The translations under genes were made by a program, and so were the position numbers. The notes under the pieces are model-generated. The model saw nothing but the letters and a program-made list of their open reading frames with translations, was not told the DNA's origin and made no database searches. A stretch of DNA of 36,871 bases from a virus. Below, in pieces: positions 26,206-34,501 of the stretch. Numbering within the stretch: position 1 is the stretch's first letter; each line of letters opens with the position of its first letter. The stretch lies in the IMG/VR virus record IMGVR_UViG_3300045988_105062. One strand, written 5' to 3'.

Positions 26206-27807
26206 TTATTCGTCTTCATCATCATCAAGAGAGTATGAGTTAGTATAGTTAGAATCAGAAGAAAGAGATTGACGATATTCGCCAGCTACCATTGTTTTGT
26301 TAAATTCTGCCGTTGGTTCTATTTCATCAACTATCTTTTCAAGCTCATCTATAGATATCTTGAAAAATTCCTTACGCATATTAACTTTATTTACACGTCT
26401 ATCATTAAGTATTTCGTGCATCTTATTTTCAAGAGCTACAGCATCTTTAGAGAATATGAAGCTATGTACATCAAATTTAAAAGGAACGCTGGCGTTTCCG
26501 AGCTCATTAATTCTGTCTTGAGGTTCAAGCCTACGTGTCATACCTACTTTAAATACATCTTCACCAAAAGCTCCTAAGTTACTTATTATATAAACAGTAC
26601 CGGCTTTACCATTTTGTAAGTTAGTTATTTCATCCTTTTTAATAATTACTTCACCTAATTGAGATTGAAGTTCAAGGATTCTTGCCTTGAGTTTATCAAT
26701 TTCTGATTCATCAGTAGTATTTAACATAGTATCTTGCAACTTACTAATTTCAGTATTGAACTTTTCTTCTTCCTGTTGAATATGTTTCTTTTCACGTTCA
26801 AGAGCTTTACGTTCTTCAGCTTCCTGTCGCATTTGTTCTTTAAGAGCCATCTGTTCTTGCTTAGCTTGCTCACGTTTAACATAGTAATTATATTCAATTT
26901 TAACAGCATTAATAAAGAGATATTCTAATTCGCCTATGAACTTTGTAAGAGTACCAGCAATAGTCTGATTGCCTTCGCCAGCAATCTTAAGGTATTTAGC
27001 AGAAATATCTTTTACATGTTCGATTGCAGTATCTAGCTTTTCATATTTTAGTGCATATAATACATTCTGTAATTCAGCTCTTAATGCTATTACCATTAGG
27101 TTGTAGATAGCTTTATTAGCTTTGGTTGTATATCTGGCAGAATATTGCTTTAAAAGATTGTCTATAAGCTTTTCATTATCTTTATAAGCTTTTCGCAGAC
27201 TCTTTATGTCCATACAATGTAATTTAAGAATTACTGAAGGAGCAATTTCTTCGGCATCTTTTAAATCACTTGTGCTTAATATGCAACTATTATAAGGGAT
27301 TTCTAAATTTATGAAGTTATCAAATGCATAAGCAAAACTTTTATACAATTCTTTGGAACGTGATATTTTACGCTGCTGGGTTGCAAGAGATTTTTTTAGT
27401 TTATCATCCTGTTGTTGCAATTCATTAATTTCAGTTCTCAATTTATCAATTAATACATTATTACTCTGTATTTCTTCATTGAGAGAATCAAGGTTAGCCT
27501 TTGCTTCGCTTTCAGCAGAAGCAATCTTTGTGGCTGATTCCTGTTCTATTTGTTCAATCTTTTTCTTTGTTTCTATATATTCAGTAACACCTAGCTCATC
27601 ACATGTTTGTTTCATTTCAGAATATTCCTGCGATAGTTGATTGTTCTGATTGAATGTTTGTGTAAATAGTTCTTTTTGTTTCTTATCATTTACAGCTTTT
27701 ATGATAAGAAGAATAATGCCGATTATAGGCGGAATAATAAGAAACCAGCATGCACATAAAAGTGCAATAAACCAAGTGCTTAAGTACCATTTGCTTTTAG
27801 TGTTCAT
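26206..27807 (-). CDS. membrane-anchored coiled-coil protein with a DUF4041-like region and a C-terminal T5orf172/MUG113 (GIY-YIG superfamily) domain, 533 aa
   Basis: N-terminal TM WYLSTWFIALLCACWFLIIPPIIGIILLII. About 350 aa of Glu/Lys/Gln heptad-like sequence. C-terminus GTVYIISNLGAFGEDVFKVGMTRRLEPQDRINELG...ALENKMHEILNDRRVN...KEFFKISIDEL. AGGAGG lies 9 nt upstream of the ATG at 27807. Confidence 0.8.
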   Translation of the reverse strand: MNTKSKWYLSTWFIALLCACWFLIIPPIIGIILLIIKAVNDKKQKELFTQTFNQNNQLSQEYSEMKQTCDELGVTEYIETKKKIEQIEQESATKIASAESEAKANLDSLNEEIQSNNVLIDKLRTEINELQQQDDKLKKSLATQQRKISRSKELYKSFAYAFDNFINLEIPYNSCILSTSDLKDAEEIAPSVILKLHCMDIKSLRKAYKDNEKLIDNLLKQYSARYTTKANKAIYNLMVIALRAELQNVLYALKYEKLDTAIEHVKDISAKYLKIAGEGNQTIAGTLTKFIGELEYLFINAVKIEYNYYVKREQAKQEQMALKEQMRQEAEERKALEREKKHIQQEEEKFNTEISKLQDTMLNTTDESEIDKLKARILELQSQLGEVIIKKDEITNLQNGKAGTVYIISNLGAFGEDVFKVGMTRRLEPQDRINELGNASVPFKFDVHSFIFSKDAVALENKMHEILNDRRVNKVNMRKEFFKISIDELEKIVDEIEPTAEFNKTMVAGEYRQSLSSDSNYTNSYSLDDDEDE

Positions 27808-27823
27808 AATTGTTAGCCTCCTA

Positions 27824-28648
27824 TTATAATAATTTCCAACTGTATCCACAATTTAAGCATTTAACTACACCTTGTTTGCTTGAAAGTCCGCCTATAATTG
27901 CTCCAGTACTTCCAAATGCAGCACCTCCAAGAAGAGCTCTTCCCAAACTTAATTTTTTAGTGGAATAGTTTATGCTGGTACTTCCACATTTAGGACAACA
28001 AGCTATTCCATTAGCTTTGTTTTCTTTTACTTTTTCTTTAATCTGTCCTTTTTTTGTAATTGATGGATTCTTTGTATTCCAAATAGGAGTGCCATTTTTG
28101 GGATGTGGCACATTTCCTATAATTGTATTTATTTTTTCAGTATCATTTTTATCTACAATATAAAATCCGGTATCCTTTTTTCCACAATAAGGGCATTTTT
28201 CAGCTTTTACTAGTAACTTATCACCGCAATTATTACAGATTTTTATTTTATTAGATAAATCATTACCATTGGAATCTGTAATTATATTTTTTTCTAAGAA
28301 TTGATGTACATCTTTTATATCAGAATTAACACCGGTATATAATAGTCCATCATATATTTTTTTGAGTTTTTTATCTGATGCAGACAAAACCCAGAAATTA
28401 TCATCAATAAATTCTATTACAATGTAAGGATTTGCTAAAAATACATTAGTAATTTCCTCGCTTTTATATAAAGATTTTGTATTACCTGTAACGTCGAGGA
28501 GTAATCCTGCGTTATATAGTCCAATACTACAATAGGTTTTTTCAGCAGATGATGTTCCATTTATATATTTTGCAGTAGTAAGAAATGTAAAACTTGAAAA
28601 CCCTCCTTCTTTTTTTATATTTTTGAATTGTTCCTTAGATATATCCAT
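27824..28648 (-). CDS. double zinc-ribbon protein with a C-terminal glycine-zipper segment, 274 aa
   Basis: CNNCGDKLLVKAEKCPYCG, and CCPKCG...GGAAFGSTGAIIGG...CLNCG; start lies 1 nt after the upstream stop. Confidence 0.7.
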   Translation of the reverse strand: MDISKEQFKNIKKEGGFSSFTFLTTAKYINGTSSAEKTYCSIGLYNAGLLLDVTGNTKSLYKSEEITNVFLANPYIVIEFIDDNFWVLSASDKKLKKIYDGLLYTGVNSDIKDVHQFLEKNIITDSNGNDLSNKIKICNNCGDKLLVKAEKCPYCGKKDTGFYIVDKNDTEKINTIIGNVPHPKNGTPIWNTKNPSITKKGQIKEKVKENKANGIACCPKCGSTSINYSTKKLSLGRALLGGAAFGSTGAIIGGLSSKQGVVKCLNCGYSWKLL

Positions 28649-28649
28649 A

Positions 28650-28880
28650 TTAAATATCCCTCTCTTCTCTATGTGCAAATATTTCAACTACCTGAACATC
28701 TTTGTCTGGCTTGTCGTAATCGCCATTTTCAATATGCTTCATCTCGTGATGATAAGCCAACATCAATTGTTCCATTGAGTGTCTGGCATTTAAGACTATG
28801 GTATAGGTATCATCATCACAGCAAACAGTATATGCCTTAATTGTAGTAGGCATATCTACATATAAAATATTAGTATCCAA
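28650..28880 (-). CDS. short ImmA/IrrE-family metallopeptidase (76 aa)
   Basis: HExxH motif in AYHHEMKHIENGDY; immediately downstream of the XRE repressor. Confidence 0.7.
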   Translation of the reverse strand: MDTNILYVDMPTTIKAYTVCCDDDTYTIVLNARHSMEQLMLAYHHEMKHIENGDYDKPDKDVQVVEIFAHREERDI

Positions 28881-28898
28881 TTTCTCACCCTCTTATCT

Positions 28899-29285
28899 TT
28901 AATCATTTTTGTTAGACATTCGGTCAATCATCTCCTTTACAAACTGAATATCTTCTTTCTTTACCTTGCGTGATGCATCAAATAATACTTTATAGTCAGG
29001 GTTCTCATATAAGAACTGAGCCATATCCCTTGCATCATCATTAAGGTAGTATGTATCGGGAATAACTTCTGTTGTTGGCTTTTTACCAAGAAGAAAATTC
29101 ATATCTACATTAAAAGTATCTGCTATTAATTCAAGAGTTTCAAAGTTGGGTTCTCTTTCTCCTTTTTCGTACATTCCAATGGCACTTCGGGATATGCCAA
29201 GTTTATCTGCCATCTGTTGTTGTGTTAAACCACTTTGTTCTCTTATTCTTTTGAATATATTAGGAAAATCGCCCATCTGTTTCAA
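28899..29285 (-). CDS. XRE-family lysogeny repressor (CI-like)
   Basis: IFKRIREQSGLTQQQMADKLGISRSAIGMYEKGEREPNFETLELIADTFNV HTH; divergent from the Cro-like gene. Confidence 0.85.
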   Translation of the reverse strand: MKQMGDFPNIFKRIREQSGLTQQQMADKLGISRSAIGMYEKGEREPNFETLELIADTFNVDMNFLLGKKPTTEVIPDTYYLNDDARDMAQFLYENPDYKVLFDASRKVKKEDIQFVKEMIDRMSNKND

Positions 29286-29313
29286 CTCCTTCTATTTAGT
29301 ATAGTTTAATAAT

Positions 29314-29358
29314 AACACGTTTTGTGGAAAAATCAAGAAAAATTCCACAAAATGTGTT
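29314..29358. promoter_or_regulatory. operator: 16-bp inverted arms AACACGTTTTGTGGAA / TTCCACAAAATGTGTT, 13-nt spacer
   Basis: 15 of 16 positions are complementary. The right arm overlaps the -35 of the rightward promoter; the left arm lies in the spacer of a leftward TTGATT-17-ATTATT promoter. Confidence 0.7.
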
Positions 29359-29385
29359 GACACAATTCGTGACGAGTGATATATT
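29357..29385 (+). promoter_or_regulatory. early rightward promoter TTGACA-17-TATATT
   Basis: Exact -35, 17-nt spacer, TATATT; about 40 nt upstream of the Cro-like start. Confidence 0.7.
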
Positions 29386-29425
29386 ATGGTTAAGCCACAG
29401 AACGTGGCACGAAAGGAGTGATAAT

Positions 29426-29623
29426 TTGAATTCTAAAAAAATTGGTAGCCGATTAGTTGAATTACGAGGAAATAAGTCACAATCAGAGGTTGCTAAGGCA
29501 GTTGGCATAAGTGACTCGGCATTATCAATGTATGAATGTGGTGAGAGAATACCAAGAGATTCAGTAAAAGTTAGATTAGCTCAATACTATGAAAAGACTG
29601 TACAGTCTATTTTTTTTGATTAA
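29426..29623 (+). CDS. Cro-like XRE-family HTH protein (65 aa, TTG start)
   Basis: GAAAGGAG lies 7 nt upstream of TTG; KSQSEVAKAVGISDSALSMYECGERIP. Confidence 0.8.
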   Translation: MNSKKIGSRLVELRGNKSQSEVAKAVGISDSALSMYECGERIPRDSVKVRLAQYYEKTVQSIFFD

Positions 29624-29672
29624 TAATGCCACATAACGTGACAAGATGTTGAGTGAGTAATATAACAAGGAG

Positions 29673-29897
29673 GTGAGAGCAATTGCGAAGAAAACATATA
29701 AGTACATTATCCGTTGCTATGAACCATTCATAGAAGAGAGAGTAAGAACATTAGTGCAGATGATATCAGTAGTAAGGAAAATGAAGAGATTGGGATTTGA
29801 ATATGTGATTGTGAAAGTACCATTCAGAGAACGACATCCTAATTTCCCATTATATTTTTCAATAGCTACGCTAGTGATTGTAATACTTTTTGGATAA
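29673..29897 (+). CDS. hypothetical protein with a hydrophobic C-terminus (start unclear)
   Basis: ORF present, but the GTG start sits inside the GGAGGTGAGAG SD box. Confidence 0.35.
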   Translation: MRAIAKKTYKYIIRCYEPFIEERVRTLVQMISVVRKMKRLGFEYVIVKVPFRERHPNFPLYFSIATLVIVILFG

Positions 29898-29931
29898 GAC
29901 AAGAAGTTCCAGCACGGAAAGAGGTGAGAGT

Positions 29932-30153
29932 ATGAAAGAGAGCGTAGATGAATTAATAGACAGACTTGCAGATAACATAGCAGACGAGGCTTTAAAAGGA
30001 ACGGATGCTGAAGAAGATGAACATAATGATTTATCTGAAAGTAGAACCACTCAGATTATTAAGGCATTGGAAGGTTTAACAATCCGAGAGGCGCAGGACT
30101 TATTAGATAAAGTAAGGAGTTATTTATTGAACGCTATAATTACATCGAGATAG
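29932..30153 (+). CDS. hypothetical acidic protein (73 aa)
   Basis: GAGGTGAGAG SD 2 nt before the ATG. Confidence 0.6.
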   Translation: MKESVDELIDRLADNIADEALKGTDAEEDEHNDLSESRTTQIIKALEGLTIREAQDLLDKVRSYLLNAIITSR

Positions 30154-30194
30154 ATGAGATAGCACAGAAAGAATTAGAACATAGGAGAAGAGAT

Positions 30195-30275
30195 ATGAAC
30201 ACAACAGCATTAGCGATAACAACGATTATCTGTGTCACAATATTAGTTTTATGCAGAGATGATAAGAAGAGGTGA
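30195..30275 (+). CDS. 26-aa hydrophobic micro-protein MNTTALAITTIICVTILVLCRDDKKR
   Basis: TAGGAGAAGAG SD 3 nt before the ATG (30195); single TM-like segment; its stop overlaps the next SD. Confidence 0.4.
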   Translation: MNTTALAITTIICVTILVLCRDDKKR

Positions 30276-30279
30276 GATT

Positions 30280-30504
30280 ATGGAGCATTTTAATTCAGAT
30301 GAGGCAAAGAAAGCACAGGAAAAGTACTGCGAAGAAAAGGGATATCCACATTTCGCACCATTAAACGGAAGGTGCTACTGCTGCAACAATGATATCTATA
30401 CACAGATAGATCGTGGCAGCTATAAAACCGGTATCTCTGTAGAAAAGGCAGGTTCAACACTGATTACTGGGTGTCCACACTGCAACAGGACATATTGTGA
30501 TTAA
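30280..30504 (+). CDS. Cys-rich zinc-binding small protein (74 aa)
   Basis: GAGGTGAGATT SD; CYCCNND...CPHCNRTYC. Confidence 0.6.
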   Translation: MEHFNSDEAKKAQEKYCEEKGYPHFAPLNGRCYCCNNDIYTQIDRGSYKTGISVEKAGSTLITGCPHCNRTYCD

Positions 30505-30568
30505 AAGATGTAATCAGGACATTCAGTGTAAGCATATAAGACAGTAACCACAAGTCAGAGGTGAGAGT

Positions 30569-30706
30569 GTGAACATAGTAATAAAGATTATAGATGGTGA
30601 CAAGATTATTGATTACGATTCACTGTCAGACAAAGAGAAGAAAGAGTACGGGCAGCGACTTAATGAACAGGCTTTGACTTCGTTAGGTTATGTCAGAAAG
30701 GAGTAA
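30569..30706 (+). CDS. hypothetical 45-aa protein (GTG start)
   Basis: GAGGTGAGAG SD 1 nt before the GTG (30569); below the ORF-track cutoff. Confidence 0.4.
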   Translation: MNIVIKIIDGDKIIDYDSLSDKEKKEYGQRLNEQALTSLGYVRKE

Positions 30707-30710
30707 CAAG

Positions 30711-30869
30711 GTGAGAACAACCGGGGAAATAATTGCATTCAACAAGAGAATCAATGCGGCTATAGAAGATGGAAGAATTGAAGATGCATCCAAGTGGATG
30801 TTAAGGCTTCACAGGTTGGAGTGTAAAGCAGGTGTCCCAATAGGTGATTATCGTATCAGAAACATATAA
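30711..30869 (+). CDS. hypothetical 52-aa protein (GTG start)
   Basis: Starts 5 nt after the previous stop; AAGGAG lies 9 nt upstream. Confidence 0.4.
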   Translation: MRTTGEIIAFNKRINAAIEDGRIEDASKWMLRLHRLECKAGVPIGDYRIRNI

Positions 30870-30952
30870 AAAGAGCTGCAGTGTCGCAACCACTGCAACT
30901 CAACTATGATAAAAAATCTATTATATTGTAGAACATTTGGGAGTAAAAAGCA

Positions 30953-31126
30953 ATGTGGAATTATGAGTGCCCTATATGTGGGGCTAATCTGGATCCTGGA
31001 GAGAAATGTGATTGCCAGGATGAAAGGCAACGTTATTTAAGACAATTCAGAGTGACAAAGAATGGACAGTATGAATTTAATCTGATTTATGAACAAAATA
31101 AAAAATCATTAGAAAAATTGGCATAG
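30953..31126 (+). CDS. 57-aa zinc-ribbon protein
   Basis: CPICG...CDC; TGGGAG SD. Confidence 0.45.
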   Translation: MWNYECPICGANLDPGEKCDCQDERQRYLRQFRVTKNGQYEFNLIYEQNKKSLEKLA

Positions 31127-31135
31127 GAGATAAAA

Positions 31136-32041
31136 ATGGATGAGATGGTTGTGTCTGTAGAGCAGACAAATGGAATTTTAAACATTAGTAACTTTGATGA
31201 TATTAAGGAAAATGTACAGGCATCTATGAATCTGTATAAAACAATGGTATTTACAGAAGATACTCTTATTGAGGCAAAGAGCACAGTTGCAACATTAAGA
31301 AAGCTTAGTAAGTGTCTTGATGATAAAAGAAAAGAAGTTAAGAAAAAATATATGCAGCCATATGACGCTTTTGAGGACAAAATAAAAGAACTTCAGCAGA
31401 TCATAGCTGAGCCAATAGAACTTATTGCAAAGCAGACAAAAGAGTACGAGGATAAGCGTATTGAACAGAAAAAAGAAGAAATACATCAGATATATGATAG
31501 CTGTATAGAAGGAATGCAGGAATATCTTCCGTTAAGTAAGATTTATGATAAAACGTGGGAAAATAAGGGAACATCTGCAAAAAAAATTAAAGAGGCTATA
31601 GAAACATATGTTAATAATGCCCAAATGTCGATAGAGACAATTAAGAATATGCACAGTGATGCAGAACAGAAAGCACTGGATACATTTAAGAAGACTCTTG
31701 ATTTGGCAATGTCTATTAATGTAATAACGAAGTATGAAGCTGAAAAAGCAGAGATATTAAGAAAAGAGCAGGAACGTAAGGCAGAAGAAGATAAAAGAAT
31801 ACAGGAAAAGGTTAGCAAGGATGATATAAAGCAGAATGTTAAAAGTGCAGATGAAGCCTTTGTTGAAGCTTGCAATAGTGTAGATGATGATATGGTAGCA
31901 TCCTTTGTTACAGGATCTAATGAACAGCAGAAGGAATTTATATTGAAGATATATTGTTCTGAAACTGAAAAAGATATGATTTGTGAATATATTGATAATA
32001 TTGGTGTGATGTATCAGGAGGTATGTAATGGCAGAGAGTAA
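31136..32041 (+). CDS. DUF1351-family protein (accessory to phage recombinases)
   Basis: N-terminal pattern ...LIEAKSTVATLRKLSKCLDDKRKEVKKKYMQPYDAFEDKIKEL; sits immediately upstream of Erf. Confidence 0.65.
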   Translation: MDEMVVSVEQTNGILNISNFDDIKENVQASMNLYKTMVFTEDTLIEAKSTVATLRKLSKCLDDKRKEVKKKYMQPYDAFEDKIKELQQIIAEPIELIAKQTKEYEDKRIEQKKEEIHQIYDSCIEGMQEYLPLSKIYDKTWENKGTSAKKIKEAIETYVNNAQMSIETIKNMHSDAEQKALDTFKKTLDLAMSINVITKYEAEKAEILRKEQERKAEEDKRIQEKVSKDDIKQNVKSADEAFVEACNSVDDDMVASFVTGSNEQQKEFILKIYCSETEKDMICEYIDNIGVMYQEVCNGRE

Positions 32042-32684
32042 AAGCATTTACGAAAAGCTTGCAGAGATGAGAGTGGAATTGCAGGCAAAGAAATTAATTA
32101 AGACTGGAAAAAATACATACAGCAAATATGAGTATTATGAACTTTCAGATTTCCTTCCATCCTGCAATAGTATTGCGGCACAGCATAAGACATTGTTTAA
32201 ATTTGCAATTAATGAGAACACAGCAAGTCTTACACTTATTAATCTTGAGAATTTAGAGGATGTAATTGAATTCAGCATACCTACCGCTAATGTAAGCATT
32301 CAGGGAGCTACTGCAATGCAGAATATTGGTGCGGTAACAACATATGCCAGAAGATACCTCTATATGATAGCGATGGAGATAAGCGAGGATGATAACCTTG
32401 ATACAGCAGATACAGCGGAAAAGGTTACAAAGGAACAGCAACAGCGGAAAGAAGAAGCTGAACGTAAAGCTCAGGAAGCAAAAGAAGCTGAAATAAAAGC
32501 TATGAAGATAACCAAGCCTAAGATAATGACAATTGAACAGGAAATTAAAAGAACAGGGGTATCCAGCAAAGTGATATGTGAGCGTTTCAGAGTTAATAGT
32601 CTTGAAGAAATTACAGAAGGAATGTTCCCTAAAGTAATGCAGGCTTTAAGGGCAACAGATTCAAAGCCGGTTATTGAAGAATGA
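32028..32684 (+). CDS. erf: ERF-family single-strand annealing protein
   Basis: IYEKLAEMRVEL...KNTYSKYEYYELSDFLP...GAVTTYARRYLYM. Confidence 0.75.
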   Translation: MAESKSIYEKLAEMRVELQAKKLIKTGKNTYSKYEYYELSDFLPSCNSIAAQHKTLFKFAINENTASLTLINLENLEDVIEFSIPTANVSIQGATAMQNIGAVTTYARRYLYMIAMEISEDDNLDTADTAEKVTKEQQQRKEEAERKAQEAKEAEIKAMKITKPKIMTIEQEIKRTGVSSKVICERFRVNSLEEITEGMFPKVMQALRATDSKPVIEE

Positions 32685-33226
32685 AATGCACAGGAAGATA
32701 TAAAGATGTATCAATAGATTTTCAGACAATGAAACAGATACTTATGTTAGAAGTAAATGATAATGTGGCTGGACAGTTTATTGAGCTTAAAGAAAAGGAA
32801 AAGCTGGATATAGAAATTAAGCCCCACAGGGAAAGGCGAAGTCTTGATGCCAATGCCTATTTTCACGTTCTTGTAGGCAAGATAGCTGATAAGCAGAGGT
32901 TATCTAAAGCCAAGGTTAAGAATATGCTTCTGGGACAATATGGACAGCCTATGGAAGTTGATACCGGTGTTGTGGCAGTAATAAAAACCAATATACCAAT
33001 AAATACAGCATATGAAATGGAAGAACCACATTTAAGATACATCAAATATGAAGTTGAAAATGGATTTGAAGTATATTTCTACAAAATCATAAGAGGCAGT
33101 CATACATACAATTCTTATGAAATGTCTGTATTAATTGATGGTACCGTGGCAGAAGCAAAAGATCTGGGAATAGACACAATATCTCCTGTAGAGCTGGCAC
33201 AGCTAAAAGAAAGGTGGAATATATGA
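32681..33226 (+). CDS. NinB/Orf-like recombination mediator (putative)
   Basis: RRSLDANAYFHVLVGKIA resembles the lambda Orf RSLDQNRKLWACLGDV segment; recombination-module context. Confidence 0.45.
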   Translation: MKCTGRYKDVSIDFQTMKQILMLEVNDNVAGQFIELKEKEKLDIEIKPHRERRSLDANAYFHVLVGKIADKQRLSKAKVKNMLLGQYGQPMEVDTGVVAVIKTNIPINTAYEMEEPHLRYIKYEVENGFEVYFYKIIRGSHTYNSYEMSVLIDGTVAEAKDLGIDTISPVELAQLKERWNI

Positions 33227-33513
33227 GTAAGAAACTTAAAAGTGTATTTACTGATAATATGGATGAATGTATATTCACAGGTTCAACTACAGTAGAACGG
33301 CATCATATATTCGGCGGATCTAACAGGAAGAAAAGTGAGAAGTATGGATTTGTAGTCCCACTTCGTCCAGATTTACACCCTAATGGAGTATATGCCGGAC
33401 AATCTGCCAATGTCATAGACTTAAGGCTTAAGAAAATGGCACAGAAGTATTATGAAGAGAATTATGGTACAAGAGAATATTTTATACAGGAGTTTGGAAG
33501 AAATTATCTGTGA
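33223..33513 (+). CDS. conserved phage protein with His-rich (HNH-like) motif
   Basis: ERHHIFGGSNRKKSEKYGFVVPLRPDLH; AAAGGTGG SD. Confidence 0.45.
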   Translation: MSKKLKSVFTDNMDECIFTGSTTVERHHIFGGSNRKKSEKYGFVVPLRPDLHPNGVYAGQSANVIDLRLKKMAQKYYEENYGTREYFIQEFGRNYL

Positions 33514-33597
33514 CATATAATATCACACAATCTACGTTGTCACAGAAATACATATAAGCCCTGTGGTACATACTTCCACAGGGCGGAAAGGAGCTGA

Positions 33598-33984
33598 ATG
33601 CTCTATACATTTACAATCAAGGGTACGCTTCCAGGATTAAACGAATACCTGAAAGCAGAAAGAAGCTTTCATAACCGGCATAGTACGGGCAACGATATGA
33701 AGCAGCAGTATCAGATGATCATATCTAACGCTATAAGGCTTAATCTTAAGCGTACCCATATAAATAATCCAGTCCGGATTAAATACACATTCTATGAGCC
33801 TAACAGAAAGCGTGACCTTGATAATATAGCAGGAGTTGCACATAAGTTCATACAGGATGCACTTGTTAAATGCAAGGTTATAGATAATGATGGCTGGAAT
33901 AACATAGTAGGCTTTGAAGATCATTTCTTCATAGATAAACATAACCCACGAATAGAAGTGGTTCTAGAAGAGGTGAAGCCGTGA
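33598..33984 (+). CDS. rusA: RusA-family Holliday junction resolvase
   Basis: RKRDLDNIAGVAHKFIQDALVKCKVIDNDGWNNI. Confidence 0.75.
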   Translation: MLYTFTIKGTLPGLNEYLKAERSFHNRHSTGNDMKQQYQMIISNAIRLNLKRTHINNPVRIKYTFYEPNRKRDLDNIAGVAHKFIQDALVKCKVIDNDGWNNIVGFEDHFFIDKHNPRIEVVLEEVKP

Positions 33985-34484
33985 TAACAGAACAGCGTAT
34001 AGACTATATAAAACAACTGAACGGGTTTGAAAGGTGGCTCGAAAGTCATTACTTGCCGAGTGCTGCGCAATTATTGTACTACAAATTATTAAGTATCAAT
34101 AATATGGCAGGGTGGTGCGAGTGGATACAAGTAGATAACCAGCGAGTAATGTCTCGTTGTCAGATGTCAAGAGAGGCTACGTTAGTCGAAAACAGAAATA
34201 AATTAATAGATGCTGGACTTATAGAATTCCAGAGAGGGAAGAAAGGAAGTCCTAATAAATATAAAATTTGTACTTTCAAATCCGTAGGGAAAAGCGTAGG
34301 AGAAACCGAAGTAGAAAGCGTAGTACAATCCGTAGGGAAAAGCGTAGGAGAAACCGTAGCCATATATAAACATAAACAAAAACTAAATAATATAGCGCCT
34401 GCGCGCGCGAACAACAAATTTAATAATTTTAACCAAAGACCAAAACATTCAGACGAGTTCTACAACTCTGTTCTGGACAACTAA
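33981..34484 (+). CDS. replication organiser / DnaD-like winged-helix protein
   Basis: N-terminal FERWLESHYLPSAAQLLYYKLLSINNMAGW...ATLVENRNKLIDAGLIEF; carries an internal iteron array. Confidence 0.55.
   Translation: MITEQRIDYIKQLNGFERWLESHYLPSAAQLLYYKLLSINNMAGWCEWIQVDNQRVMSRCQMSREATLVENRNKLIDAGLIEFQRGKKGSPNKYKICTFKSVGKSVGETEVESVVQSVGKSVGETVAIYKHKQKLNNIAPARANNKFNNFNQRPKHSDEFYNSVLDN
34282..34365. repeat. seven 12-bp periodic iterons (SCGTAG core), including two exact 30-bp copies 48 bp apart; candidate origin
   Basis: CCGTAGGGAAAA GCGTAGGAGAAA CCGAAGTAGAAA GCGTAGTACAAT CCGTAGGGAAAA GCGTAGGAGAAA CCGTAGCCATAT. Confidence 0.8.
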
Positions 34485-34501
34485 CGAAAGGAGTTATAGA
34501 G

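Noticed and set aside
26269-27640. Plus-strand ORFs inside 26206-27807 (26269-26577, 26297-26521, 26734-26928, 27353-27640) and minus-strand ORF 26721-26909
   Set aside because: These are shadow or alternative frames of the 533-aa coiled-coil gene. The AT-rich repetitive coding sequence generates open frames.
29296-29508. 70-aa minus-strand ORF spanning the switch region
   Set aside because: It runs through the operator/promoter region and lies antisense to the Cro-like gene. It has no RBS.
34282-34365. Possible CRISPR-like array
   Set aside because: The units are only 12 bp, contiguous with no spacers, and in frame within a CDS. An iteron array is the better explanation.
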